Shown one piece after another: positions 50,097 through 61,619 of a DNA stretch of 64,000 nucleotides. Numbering within the stretch: the stretch's first letter is position 1; the number at the start of each line of letters is the position of its first letter. Made by a program: the position numbers and the translations under genes. The DNA is from Emiliania huxleyi CCMP1516 (Eukaryota), in the NCBI RefSeq assembly GCF_000372725.1, contig NW_005201551.1:156520-220519 (forward strand). Reading direction: 5' to 3'. The notes under the pieces were generated by a model. It was not told the DNA's origin and did not search any database. It was given only the letters and a program-made list of their open reading frames with translations.

Positions 50097-51543
50097 TGCC
50101 TCCGCCACCTTTGCCGCCTCCGCCGCCGCCGCTTCCGCCCTCGCCCGTCGACCGCTCCATCTGCACTGGGGGCGTGGGGCTGGCTGCCGAGGGCTGCCTG
50201 GAGAGGTTTGCGGAAGACGACTGCCGCGAGAGGCGAGAGTCGATCAGCCTGTTCACAGCGGGAGGTGTGAAGAGCCGCCGTTCACACCTCACCACCGAGT
50301 CGGAGCTGCCGAGGCACTTCTCGTCCGGCTGCCAGAGCGCGCACACTAGAGCCCCGGAGATGAAGATTGCGCAAGCGACCAGCGCGCACACGCGCTTGCC
50401 GCCGAGCGCCGTCGCGCCTAGCGGCCGGGGGAGGGGTAGCTGACCTTTGGCCGTCGCGAGGCACCAGCGGCCTGCTCTTTTCACGCGCATCTACGCTCTT
50501 GGCGCTGCGCTACGCGTGTTGCGTGCGCAGCGGTGCGGCAGTCAGTCTTGGCTGCAGCGCAGCGGACCTCGGCTGCATCCCGCGCCTTGCAGCAGCGCCG
50601 GCGCAAACTCCGAGACATCTCCCCATATCTCCCCATCTCTCCCCATATCCCGCGCCTTGCAGCAGCGCCGGCGCAAACTCCGAGACGGCGCCGCCAATGA
50701 GAGGGCCGAGGATGAGAGCGCCTGCGGGCGTGGCGTCAGGGTTAGGGCTGGGGTTAGGGTTAGGGTCAGGGTTAGGGTTAGGGTTAGGGTTAGGGTCAGG
50801 ATTAGGGGTAGGCTTAGGGTTGGGCTTAGGGTCAGGGTCAGGGTCAGGGCCAGGGTAGGGTCTGGGAAGGGTTAGGGATAGGGTAGGGTCTGGGATAGGG
50901 TTAGGGTTAGGGTAGGGTCAGGGTCAGGGTCAGGGTAGGGTCTGGGATAGGGTTAGGGATAGAGCGCCGTTGAGGGTGACACCCATCAGCCCAAAGGTGC
51001 CTAAGGCGGACGCGCACGGGCATGCGTCAGCCTCAGCGCGTCGGTGAGGCGACCATCATGCGGCAGCTTGCTGCCCGTCCGCTTGTCCTTACTGGTAGTG
51101 TCAGCAAAGTACGCGCGGAACAGGGCGATCTGGAAGCCGGATCCGGTGATGACGCGCGCGGCGAGCATCATCGGGTAGGAGGAGGAGAGGCCGAGCAGCA
51201 GGCAGCCCGCTGCAGACACCAGCAGCGACACGAAGATGACGTTCCGCCGGCCGAGCGAGTCGGAGAGCGCGCCGAGCAGCGGCGAGAGGATCGTCTGGCT
51301 CATCCAGGTGGCGGACTGGAGGACGCCGTAGGCGGAGCGGGAGTAGCCCATCTCGCGCACTAGGAAGGGAAGCACCGGCACCAGCACCGTCTGGCCCAGC
51401 TGCGCCAGCAGGATGATCATGTACGGCCCGCACATGAACGTCGCCGGCCCGCAGGCGCCGGGGTGCCAGCCCTTGGCGATGCCCATCGGCAGGTGGATGG
51501 TGACGGGCACCCATATCTCCTCGGCGCCGCCGCCGGCCGCCAT
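46730..51543 (-). CDS. Major facilitator superfamily transporter (TetA/DHA1-like) with many repeat-filled introns
   Basis: 'SPLLGALSDSLGRRNV' (MFS motif A), 'RAYFADTT', 'ILGPLIGG', 'NFFFRFAFAAYKSNF' and 'EQGVMQGLAGSIDRFGQVFGP'. Exact 3' end uncertain. Confidence 0.85.
47892..48414. repeat. Intronic tandem array, 70-bp period, 7 units (exon copy + TTAA-rich spacer)
   Basis: 'agatgagtccgaggcagggg' recurs at 47891, 47961, 48031, 48101, 48171, 48241 and 48311. Confidence 0.97.
50735..50960 (+). repeat. Interstitial telomere-like (TTAGGG/TCAGGG)n tract inside an MFS intron
   Basis: Degenerate hexamer repeats gggtta/gggtca. Confidence 0.92.
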
Positions 51544-51653
51544 CGCCGCAGGTGGTTCAGCCGACTCGGAGAAACAGCCTCTCGCGGCGTCTCCTTGGTC
51601 TGCCCTCGGCGTGCACGCGTCGAAGGAAGAAAAACCGGAAAGCCCACAACCGG

Positions 51654-51972
51654 AGTTGCGCCGAGAGGCGAAAGAAGCCGCGAGAACAAGGGACCGGCAG
51701 GCGGCGGCGTCGCAGGACGAGGCAGAAGAGAACGACGCGACAGAGGAGGAAGTGACAAGGGAGAGAACGACGAGAGTGGGACGGCCGCGAGGTGGCATGA
51801 AGGTTGCAGCGAGAAGCGGCGAGAGACTGCGAAAAGAGATACGAAGAGGCAGACTCCCCAGGGTGGGCGACGGCTAGCGCATCACACTCTCCTCTCCTTA
51901 AAATCCCTGTGTGGTGGCGGCGTGCCGTTCTCCCATCCCTCCCTTGGGTTGTGTGTTTTCTTTCTTTCTTTT
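51654..51972 (+). mobile_element. Family C LINE-like element, 5'-truncated, with 11-bp TSD
   Basis: Homologous to 27610-27930 (reverse) with a (TTTC)n tail. Flanked by CCCACAACCGG at 51643-51653 and 51973-51983. Confidence 0.87.
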
Positions 51973-52194
51973 CCCACAACCGGGCCCTTCCTTTTTTTGA
52001 GCAGGTGTGCCGCCGCGCGAGCGACGCTCCGAGATCGCCCGAGATAGCGCGGCGCGGCCCCGAGATCGCCCGAGATAGCGCGAGATCGCCCGAGATCGCG
52101 CGGCGCGGCCCGAGGAAAGGTGGATGGGCTGGGAGCGAGGGGGCGGAAGTGTGCAGTGCGGTAGATGGTCAGTCGAGGCGCGTGAGCCGGACTT

Positions 52195-53500
52195 GTGGGC
52201 CGGACGGCTTTCATTTCTCTCTGCGTTGTTGAGCCAGGACTCAACATACTCGTTCTGTCGCCGTCCCAAATTGTCACTCCCCTTTCTCCCTGGACCGACG
52301 AGCTCAACGAGTTCACGACGGGCCCAAACATGATCACCGGCACGTGCGGCGACCGCGGCCAGTTCTTTCTCGGCACCGGAGAGCACAAGAAATGCGAGGA
52401 GTTCGAGGTTGCGGTCCGCTTCTCGAGCGCAAAGATCAGGGTCCCAGGCTGGACGATCAAGGTGGCCGCCGCGCCAGTCTGGGGTCGCATCAGTGGCCCG
52501 CGTCACCGGCTCGACGTGTCGCTGCACGCGCACGGGGACGAGGCGGCGCTGCCCCAGACCCACGGCTTGATCGGACAGTCGTTCGGCTGGCGGGCGGCGC
52601 GCGACGGCAAACGCGACCTCTACCCGACGGAAGGGCGCTTCCGCACGTCGGCGATGGCGGAGGGTGCCATCGAGGGCAACGCGGCGATGTACGAGCTGCC
52701 CGGTCCGCTGGCGACCGAGTTTCCCTTCTCGCGCTTTCGCGAGGCAAGGCAAGTGGCGATGCTGTCCTTCCCGCCCAGCGACGCAACGCTGGACGCCTCG
52801 TCAACGGACCTGGTCGCCGGGGCGGCGAACGCACCTCGCGCCGAGCGCAGGCTCGCCGAGGAGGGGGATTTGTGCGCGCCGCCGTCGGCTCCCCCCCAAC
52901 CGACTTCGTTCCAATCGGAGTGCAACTGTGACTTTTACAGTGCCGAGCAGTGCAGCTCCCTCCTCTCGGGGCACGGGCACGGGAGGATGGAGTGCATCGC
53001 TCTCTGCTGCACGCCTCCGCCTGCCCCGCCGACGCCACTGCCGCCGCCGCCCGCGCCTTCGCCACCCTCGCCGCCGCCGCCGTCCGCCTCGCCCTCGCCG
53101 CCGCCGCCGTCCGCCTCGCCCTCGCCGCCGCCGCCGTCCGCCTCGCCCTCGCCGCCGCCGCCGTCCGCCTCGCCCTCGCCGCCGCCGCCGTCCGCCTCGC
53201 CCTCGCCGCCGCCGCCGTCCGTCTCGCTGCCGCCGCCGTCGCCCTCGCCGCCGCCGCCGTCGGCCTGCGCAGAAATGACGTGCACCAGACCTCCATTCCA
53301 GAACGTACAGAATTGCGCAGGTCTGATCGACTTTTTAAGTACAAGCCCCACTTGTGGCTACAATCAGGTCGATCCCTGGGAGATGCATCGTGCAATGTGC
53401 ATATGCCTAGGGCAGTTTGAACCGAATTCTTGCACTCCCGCTAAGCCCCAGGGCTGCCAGGAGTGCCTCGGCTGCGTTTATCCACCCCCGCCGCGCCGCA

Positions 53501-53531
<31 letters not shown>

Positions 53532-54739
53532 GGTGACGGCGGCGGCGGCGCCGCCGCCCCCTCCGCCGCCGCCGCCGCCGCCGTCACCGCCGCCGCCGCC
53601 GCCGCCGCAACCGCCGCCGCCGCCGCCAGGCCTTTACGCAATTGGCGGCTGGCTGCAAATTTCTGTGCCCAGAAATTTAGCCACGAAAATGACATACTTC
53701 TCGAGGAATGGCGGCGTTGATTGGAAACGGCTGCCCGAGATGGCAACAGCTCGGATGATGTTCGCGATGGCGGTGGACAATGACAATAAGAAGATTTACG
53801 TCGCCGGCGGCACCGATGGCGGAGGCGGCGCGCTGCCTGGCGCCGAGGCGCCACCCGCAGCCTCATGCCCCTCTCGCCCGCCCCCCCTCTTCTCAAGCTA
53901 TCGGCACCCCCGTGCCGGTAGGGTGTGACACGACCCTCCACTCATTCCACTCTGCTGACTCAGGCCACACCCTCGGCAGGTACTCGACACTGCCACCAAC
54001 ACTTGGTCAAGGCTTCCGAACTTGCCTCAGGACTCGCAAACCACACACGGGTACATCTGGGCCTACGCTGGTGCGTTCGAAAGCAACACCTTCTGGGAAC
54101 ACTCAGAAACAAAATCAACGAAACTTCAAAGCGCTTTCGTACCGCCCAGGCGATACCGAGTGGAGCACCGAGAGTGGCATCGAAAACTACGTGAGAAGCG
54201 AAGTGGGGCAGGGGCCGCATTACAGCTGCGGCAACGCTGTGGGGCACAACGGGAAGATCTATTTGCTTGGCTGGGACAGCAGTACGCCGGAGATTATTAT
54301 CTACGATGTTGACAGCAAGCAAATGTCGCTCGGACCTAAGGATCCGGAGGGCCCACGCAAATCTTTTGCAATGGGCATTTTCGACGGTGCCATCTTCATC
54401 GCGGGTGGGTCAACGTACGTCGGGGGGAACCCTTCTAACCAGTTCATTTCGTCTGTCTATCGCCTGGAGGTTGGAGGCGACGAGTGGCAGCGGATGGCTC
54501 CCATGCCAGGCACCACCGCCCATGGGGGCTACTATGGGGCTGCGGAGGCGAGTGCTGAGGTAGAGGGCAAATGGTGGGTTCGATTTAGAGACGACCAGCA
54601 GAATGTTCTTGGGAAGGTCTGGGTTTACGATGGCAGATGGAAAATTGGTGGCAACTACCCTGGAAAAGTAGGAGATCACTATAGCGACGACTATGGCACC
54701 AATGGCGAATGGAACTGCGTACAGTTTGCGACGGTGTGA
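52195..54739 (+). CDS. Modular protein: HGLIGQS-type (root-cap/VWD-like) domain, Pro-rich linkers, Cys-rich modules and C-terminal Kelch repeats; probable intron about 53850-54130
   Basis: 'THGLIGQSF...SAMAEGAIEG', (SPSPPPPSA)n, and Kelch motifs 'WKRLPEM...KIYVAGG', 'GKIYLLG', 'AIFIAGG...WQRMAPMP'. Start uncertain. Confidence 0.65.
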
Positions 54740-55512
54740 GTGCCTGAAACGAACGAATTTGAAAAACGTGTGTGACGTGGTGCGGAGCGCGGCAGCGCGC
54801 CCACATGCGCACCCGTTGCCGTGTGCCCGTCGGTCCCGATGCGCATCTTTCTTGACGTGTGAGTGTTCGTTGCTTGTTGTGAGCGTGCAGACCCCCTACC
54901 CACATACATGGTGCCGTGCTCTAAGCCGGTTGTGCGCGCAGGGCAGTGTTGAACTGCTGCGTATACCAGCCCCACAAAAGGTCCGAACCCAGTCGCGTAA
55001 GCTCACTACAGGACAGTCAGTTCAGAGACGGCCTCCCGCCGTGGGTCTTTAAAAACTCCGGCCCTCAGAACCCTAGGGGTACCCTCTAAGTCCACATACT
55101 GGGGAGTGATCCCACGCCCCGCAGAGCGGCGTCGCGGCGTGTGTGGGGGGCGCGCTCATCTGAAGGGGGGGGGGGGGGGATTGTGGCGTACGGCTAAAAA
55201 AATGCTATGGCCTATGGCTCAGATTTGGTTTCAGGACCACAAAAATCAAAACGGAGAACGGGTCTGGCCACGCAGCCTTCGCTGTGGGGTCATCGTAAAG
55301 GTAGCTCATGAGGTAGGTTACGACGATGCGGACGAGAGACGTGCGGCCCGCAACACACACGAGCGCGCAAGCCTGCGCTGGCTCCAGAGAAGGGAAGCTC
55401 CATATCTGGTGCTCCGGCCGGGCACTAGGGCCACGCCGCCTAGTCAACATGCGAGAGGGCGCGCCCGCTCTCCCGGCGCGGGGGTCACGTTTCTGCCGCC
55501 TGCGCGGGCTCG

Positions 55513-57900
55513 TCACAACCGCTGACTGCTCGCGCGCAGGCTCGACTTTTGCGGCGCGCCATCCATGTCGACAACCATAGTGCCGTCCATGTCCATGTCC
55601 TGCACCGACGCACCGCGCCCGTGGCCGGCGCCGCAGCAGGCGACGGAGCGGCAGAAGGTCGGGCAGCCCGGCTGCTTGCCGACGCCGCCGTGCACGATCT
55701 GGACGGCGATGGCGCTGGGCATGTACAGGAAGAGGAGCGCCGCGCAGAGGAGGAAGCCAAAGCCGCCCGCGACATAGAGCGTCGCCGAGAGGCTCTCGAG
55801 CGAGTCAAGGGCGGCGTCGACGTCAGCGCTCACCCACGCGCAGTCGGAGAGGAGCAGCGCGTCGTCGACGGCGCCGTCGAGCGCGGCGACCAGCGAGCCG
55901 GTGAGGGCCCTGAGGTTGGAGCTGGCTGCGTTGAAGGTCTCGGTGAGGATGGCAACCTCGCTCGACACGACCGCGGCATCGGTCTGGAGGTCGTCGATGG
56001 TGGCTCTGACTTCGTCGCACATCTGCTTCGCCGTCTTGCCGTATGCGGGTATGACGTTGTCGGTGTATACGGAGTCGCAGGTCGGCCGGGGATCCACCCC
56101 GTTGCACAAGATGCCATTGCACGGCTTGCAGCCGCCACACCAACATTCGTCGGCACCACCGCAGGTGTTGTCATCGGCGCAGTAGTCGTTGCCGCTCTGG
56201 CCCTCGGCGGGGCAGGGCAGCCCAAAGTCGGCGGGCTCCTTGCCGGCGAGATAGTCCCCAAACTCGTCGACAACGCTCGCCTCAGAGATGTTGAAGCCCT
56301 GCGTCACGTCCACCTCGCCGAGCGTCTCGTTGAGCGCGGTGATGTTGGCGCGGATCGTCGCCACGCTAAAGGGCAAGCCAAAGGTGGATAGCAGCACATC
56401 GAGCAGGCTGCCCGCGTCTGACGACCAGCACGTCTCGAGCACGGCGTCGGCCAGCCAGCACGAGGCGTCGGCCGAAGCCGTCGTCGGCTCGGACAGTCGG
56501 CGGCTGGCCGGCGGCAGCAGGTCATTCGCGAGCGAGCCGAGGGTGGCGAGGTCGAGCCCCTCTGGAAGCTGGATGGTGGGCGGCGCGCTGCCGAGCACGC
56601 CGCACACGCTCGTGCCGTTGAAGGTGGAGGCGAAGTCGGTGGGGCCGTCCGCCGTGAGACCGCGCACGACCACGAGCGCGTCGTTTGTGGCGGTGGTTGC
56701 GGCGATCAGCAGCGCGCCGGCGATGAAGAGGGCGAAGGCGACGATGCCGGCGCAGACCCACGAGAGGCCGAGGAGCTGGACGCCGCAGCCTGCGCAGCAG
56801 CAGCGGCGCTTGTCCTTGGTGAAGGCGGCGGCGGGCGCGGCGACCAGCAGGGAGAGCGTGACGAGGACGAGCGGGAGGATGAAGAGGGCGAGGCCGACAA
56901 GGAAGGAGGCGAGATTGAGCGAGAGGTCGGACAGCCCTGCGGGCAAGTCGCTCGGCGGCGGAGGGCCGTCCGGCGTCGGCCAGGCGAGGTTGAGCAGGGC
57001 CCCGACGGTGTAGTCGCCGATGGTGGCGCTGCCATAGTCTCCGATCGCGTCGACCGCTTCAGTGACAAAGTCCTCTGCGGCATCGAGCGCCTCGGCCGCC
57101 GCAGCCAGGGCATCGTCGACCGAGACGAGCGCCGTGGCCGCCGAGTCCAGCGCCGGAAGAACGTCATCGTTGAGGTCCTCGCACACGTCCTTGGCCGGCT
57201 GGAGGCGGCCGATTAGATCGGCGTAGTCGTCGGCAGGAAGATACTCTTTTAGACCCGCGATGGTTGCGTTGATGTCCCCGAGCGTGTCGCAGGTGCGGAC
57301 GGCGCCGGTGGAGAGGGAGGAGAGCGTCGCGCTGAAGGTTTGTGCGCTCTCGTTTGCCTGGTCAAAGCTGCTCGCCAGGGTGTTCAGGCTCGACTCTGCG
57401 ACGCTAACGAGCTTCGCGGTGTCATTCAGAAGCTGATCGGCGGCGCAGGCCGACGCTTGTCCGGCGGGAGAGAGGTCAGAGACTGCGACGACGCCGATCG
57501 CGCAGGCGACGAGGATGCAGAGCGAGAGCACCGGGAAGCAGCAGTTGGCCATCAGGCGCGTGGTCCTGCGCGGGCCGTAGAAGTCTCCCGGCGCGCAGCA
57601 TTTGTGCGCGCGGCAGCGGGCGATCCAGAGCGGAAAACAGCAGACAAGCACCAGCAGCGCGACGGCGAGGCCAGGAATGACGACCGGCAGGAGGTTGGTG
57701 CCGTAGGTGCGCAGCACGTCAACCACGTCCGCCTCGCCCTCCTCTGGCAGCAGCTCCCGGAGCGCGACGCGGAACTCTTCGGCGTGCTCAACAGAGACGG
57801 CGCGAGAGGTGAGCGTGCTGAGGCGGAGATCCGGCGCAGGGCACATGGCCGCCGACCAGGCATCAACGGGGTAGTCGTCGGAAGAGGAGGAGAGCGGCAT
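55513..57900 (-). CDS. Intronless multi-pass membrane protein, prominin/tweety-like topology
   Basis: Long ORF with about five hydrophobic helices flanked by Cys clusters (RCRAHKCC, RRCCCAGC) and two large helical loops. The family call is tentative. Confidence 0.7.
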   Translation of the reverse strand: MPLSSSSDDYPVDAWSAAMCPAPDLRLSTLTSRAVSVEHAEEFRVALRELLPEEGEADVVDVLRTYGTNLLPVVIPGLAVALLVLVCCFPLWIARCRAHKCCAPGDFYGPRRTTRLMANCCFPVLSLCILVACAIGVVAVSDLSPAGQASACAADQLLNDTAKLVSVAESSLNTLASSFDQANESAQTFSATLSSLSTGAVRTCDTLGDINATIAGLKEYLPADDYADLIGRLQPAKDVCEDLNDDVLPALDSAATALVSVDDALAAAAEALDAAEDFVTEAVDAIGDYGSATIGDYTVGALLNLAWPTPDGPPPPSDLPAGLSDLSLNLASFLVGLALFILPLVLVTLSLLVAAPAAAFTKDKRRCCCAGCGVQLLGLSWVCAGIVAFALFIAGALLIAATTATNDALVVVRGLTADGPTDFASTFNGTSVCGVLGSAPPTIQLPEGLDLATLGSLANDLLPPASRRLSEPTTASADASCWLADAVLETCWSSDAGSLLDVLLSTFGLPFSVATIRANITALNETLGEVDVTQGFNISEASVVDEFGDYLAGKEPADFGLPCPAEGQSGNDYCADDNTCGGADECWCGGCKPCNGILCNGVDPRPTCDSVYTDNVIPAYGKTAKQMCDEVRATIDDLQTDAAVVSSEVAILTETFNAASSNLRALTGSLVAALDGAVDDALLLSDCAWVSADVDAALDSLESLSATLYVAGGFGFLLCAALLFLYMPSAIAVQIVHGGVGKQPGCPTFCRSVACCGAGHGRGASVQDMDMDGTMVVDMDGAPQKSSLRASSQRL

Positions 57901-60304
57901 GCTGCGCCACGCGGTTGGTGGGTCCGCTACAGCGTGAGCGCGTCTCGGGGTTGAGCACCTCGACCTCGTGGAGTAAGGAAGACACGTATGACAAAAAGAA
58001 ATTTTACGGCAAGAGTGGTGCTCTTGGGAAGAGGTTCCTCCTTTCCGCTCCCCCCCCGCAAGGCGCGAGACACACACACACACGGCGTGCCCGCACATGG
58101 GGAAATGTGGACGGATTCCAGCGACCTGCTGCACGCCGTCACCCCGGGCAGCGGCCTCCGTGGTGCATCTCCGTGGTGCTGTGCAACCACGAGTGGGCCG
58201 AGACGCGCGTGCGCCCCGAGGACGGAGGCCGCGTGTTGGTGTAGTGTTGATTTATATACACAACACTACTCAGCCCCATGTTACGCCGCCGCCACCACGC
58301 GGCCTCCCGGCCATCTATCTTGTGGATCCCACCTGAGCCCACTCGCGGTGCGAAGGCTCCTAATGCGGCAACTGAGCCCGCAAGGGTAGGGCACTCAGGG
58401 AGAGGTTATGTTGGATAATATGTTGTGTTGTGGCGTACTGCTGTGCAGCTGGCGCAGCGAGCCCTGCCACGGCTCGTCGTCGAGATTGGTCGGTGGGTGG
58501 TGCCTGTAACAGCTGAGGCAGGGAGACTGCCTGTGAGTAGCGCAGCCGCGCGGTCGCCCGAGGATTTGGGATGACTAGGTAGAGAGACAGGTACGACCGT
58601 ACCTGGGTATGGCGAAGGCTGGTGGCTAGGGTTAGCTGGGCGCGCACGGCGAGTCCAGTCACATTGCCGCCCCGCAACAGCGATATGAGTGGTCTCTCAG
58701 TGCGCGCTCTGCGTCCCTAGAACGTAGCGTGGCGTTGGTGCTGAAGCAATAAAATGGTACTATATGAGGCGGTGAAGCGCATTGGTCGTCAATTTTGCAA
58801 GCCCGGGCTTGCAAAGCCGTTCGAAGCGCCTGATTCGAGCGAGTGGAGGCAGGTTCGAGACCCGGTGGGGGGGTTTGGGGGGGTCGCCCGTCGCCCATCG
58901 GACCATCAAGGGATCCATCAAATCGATCGAATCTGGTCGACATCTGGTCGACATCTGGCGCGGCTGGTGCCGGCCGCTGCGTCAGAATTTTTTTTGTGCT
59001 GGGCACAGGGATGGTTGTGCCGGGCCGCCCCCGCGAGAGAAACTCGTCAGTAAAACTCTCTGGCGGCCCGGCTGTCTGAGGCTGGCACGCAGTGGCAAAA
59101 GCCCGCGGCTCGTCGCCAAGGAGTTACGAAGTTTTGGGTGTGTGGTGGTGGGGGGGGGGGGGGTCACGAGGTTCGAGGACCGAGCGACCGCGCGCGCACC
59201 CCCCCCCTCGCCTACTGAGTACTGTCCTCTCATCCACGGAACTACAACTAGCGCGGGAGAGCTTCCTGCTGTTTTATGCACATGTGTGTACGCGCTCGCG
59301 AGTACTCAGTGGCGCTGTGTGACGCCGTCCACTCGGCGGGATCGCAGCTGCCTCTGCGCGTCCTGGGGAGGTACATTTGTTGCGCGCCGGAGACGACTCG
59401 ACGTCGCTGAGATCGGAGATCAAGCTCTGACAGGTCGCACGTCGCTCCTTTGACAACGACGTGACTCACCCGTGCAGATCACATCAGGACACGGTCTCGA
59501 CGCGCTCGGTACGACGCCTGCGACCCGTCTCGGGTCAGGTGGCACGACGCTCATCGCGCCTACCAGCGCTGCCGTACAGATTGCCACGACGAGGTCGAGC
59601 ACGCTTCTATACGCTCGCCGAGCCTTCCTTTCCATCCCATTAGGCAGCCTGGGAACGGTGGCGGTCAGAGGCAAAGCCTACGAGGGGTGGTGGAACCACA
59701 TGTCACGGCTACTGCCGGCTCGACGCCACGTCCCCACGATAGCCTCCGAAGGCTGACTTTGCGGCACCATCATCGGACGATGTCGACGAGTTGGGTCGCT
59801 CTCGCGGTAGCCAGATGACCTCCCATGCTAGTACCATCGGCTAGGGCCGCAGGGAGCGCGGGGGAGGGCGCTGGGAGCAACACGGAGCTCCGTTGGAGAC
59901 GTTTTCAAGATTAGCGTGTCAGAGTGAAATGGAACTAGCCTTTGGGGTTTGAAGAAGCGCGCTCTGTACTGAAGAAGCGCGCACTGTACTGTCGCCCCCC
60001 AGGCCACCACGCCCCAGCTGTGCGCATGACCGAGGTTTCCGTTTCAGGCGTGTACCATGTACAGATGTGTGTAGAGTGTACCACTGCACAACTCAGCGTC
60101 AGCCGTGCTGCCACCACCGGACCCCCCCCCCCCCCCCCGCCCGCGCCCCCCGCCCCCTCCCACCCCACCCCACCCCGCCCCTCCCGCCGCCCACCCTCCC
60201 ATCAACACTCCACCGCAGCCGCAGGGTCTGTTGCTCTCTGCCGTGCTCGCGCGGCGGTCCCGCCGGGCCCCGCGCCCTCGCCGCCCGGCCGGGGCTGGAG
60301 AGGC

Positions 60305-61484
60305 TCAGTAGAGGCTGATACCGCGCTCCTCGCACACGGCCACCAGCTCAGGCTGCTTGTTGCCCACCCAGAGCACCTGCACGCGAGAAGAGGTGCGACG
60401 AGCATTGGGCGAGAGAGGGGCGTGTGGCGAGGGGGGCGTCTGGCGCCTTCAAGCTCGGGGCGGCCCCCTCCTTGAGGGCGGCGGCCAGCGCCTTGCAGCC
60501 CTCGTCGCCAATCTTGTTGCCGTTGAGATAGAGCGTCTCGAGCCGCGGCGCTGCCCCGCTCGCGAGGACCTCCGCCAGCTGCGCCGCCTCCGCGTCGCCC
60601 CAGCCGAGGTTGATGTAGTGCAGCTCGGTCGCCTTGCCAAACTGCTCCTTGAAGGCGGCCTCGTACAGCTGCTTCACCAGCGGCTTGTCGTCCTTGCCGT
60701 TGGTGAAGCTCTTCGTCTCCAGCTCCGCCGCAAACGCAGACGGCAGCAGCGGAGGGCGCCGGCCGCCGTCCTGGATGCAGTCGTTGGTGAGGCTGATGAA
60801 GCCGTACTCCTTGCCGGCGCGCATCTTGCCGAGGTCGAGGGAGAGGTCGCCGGCCTTTGTCAGGCTGGCCCAGCTGGCCTCGGTGTAGCACCAGCCGCGG
60901 TCAAAGTACTTGGCCACGTTGGTGCCCTCGGCCTGATCCTCCGCCTTGTGGCCGTCCGGGAAGGAGGTCAGCCGCAGCACCCAAGTGTGCTGGTGGGAGT
61001 AGAGCGTGCCGAGGCAGCCCAAACCCTCCTTGAAGAGCGCGTTCTGCTTCTTGGTGCGCATGACGCCGTTGGGGGGGTCGGGGTGCTGGTGGAGCGAGCC
61101 GAAGTCCCAAAAGACGCCGAGCCGCGTGATGAAGTAATTCGCTAGCAGGGCCTTGAGCGCCCTCGCGACGCGGGCGAGGTTGGCTCCGCGCGGGTCGGGG
61201 TGGTCCTTGGTCAGCCACGGGTAGGAGAGCGCAGCGACGGGAAGCCAGTCATACTCGGTGGTCGCCTCGATGAGGTCGGCGAAAGAGAGGAAGGCCTCTT
61301 TGGGCAGCGCCTGGCGGTGGGTGAGGACGCCGCCCGCCTCGGCGTGGCGGATGATCCACTGCGCGTCGAGGAGGGCGGCGGCGCCGCTCTCGAGGACACG
61401 CTCCAGGTCGCCGCCGCCGCGCTTGCGCCACAGCTCCAGCTTCTCCTCGTAGGCCAGGCCCGGCTTGCTCGTGCCGCAGCCCAT
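60305..61484 (-). CDS. HET-like domain + LRR protein, copy 2; N-terminal MGCGTS acylation motif; GC-AG intron at 60377-60446
   Basis: Highly similar to 2186-3490. Splicing the 70-nt GC-AG intron restores the homologous C-terminus VLWVGNKQPELVAVCEERGISLY*. Confidence 0.85.
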
Positions 61485-61619
61485 CGCTTCGCCTGCCTGT
61501 GTAAGGCCGATCGACTTTGAGCACCTGTCAACAGCGGCTCGGGCAGCGGCCGCGGCCGCAAACGTGAGCTGAGGGCGTGTCAAGATTGTTTGAGGATTGT
61601 TTGCGATTTTGGTTGAATC

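Noticed and set aside
50735..50960. Chromosome end
   Set aside because: The tract is short and degenerate and is flanked on both sides by exons of one gene.
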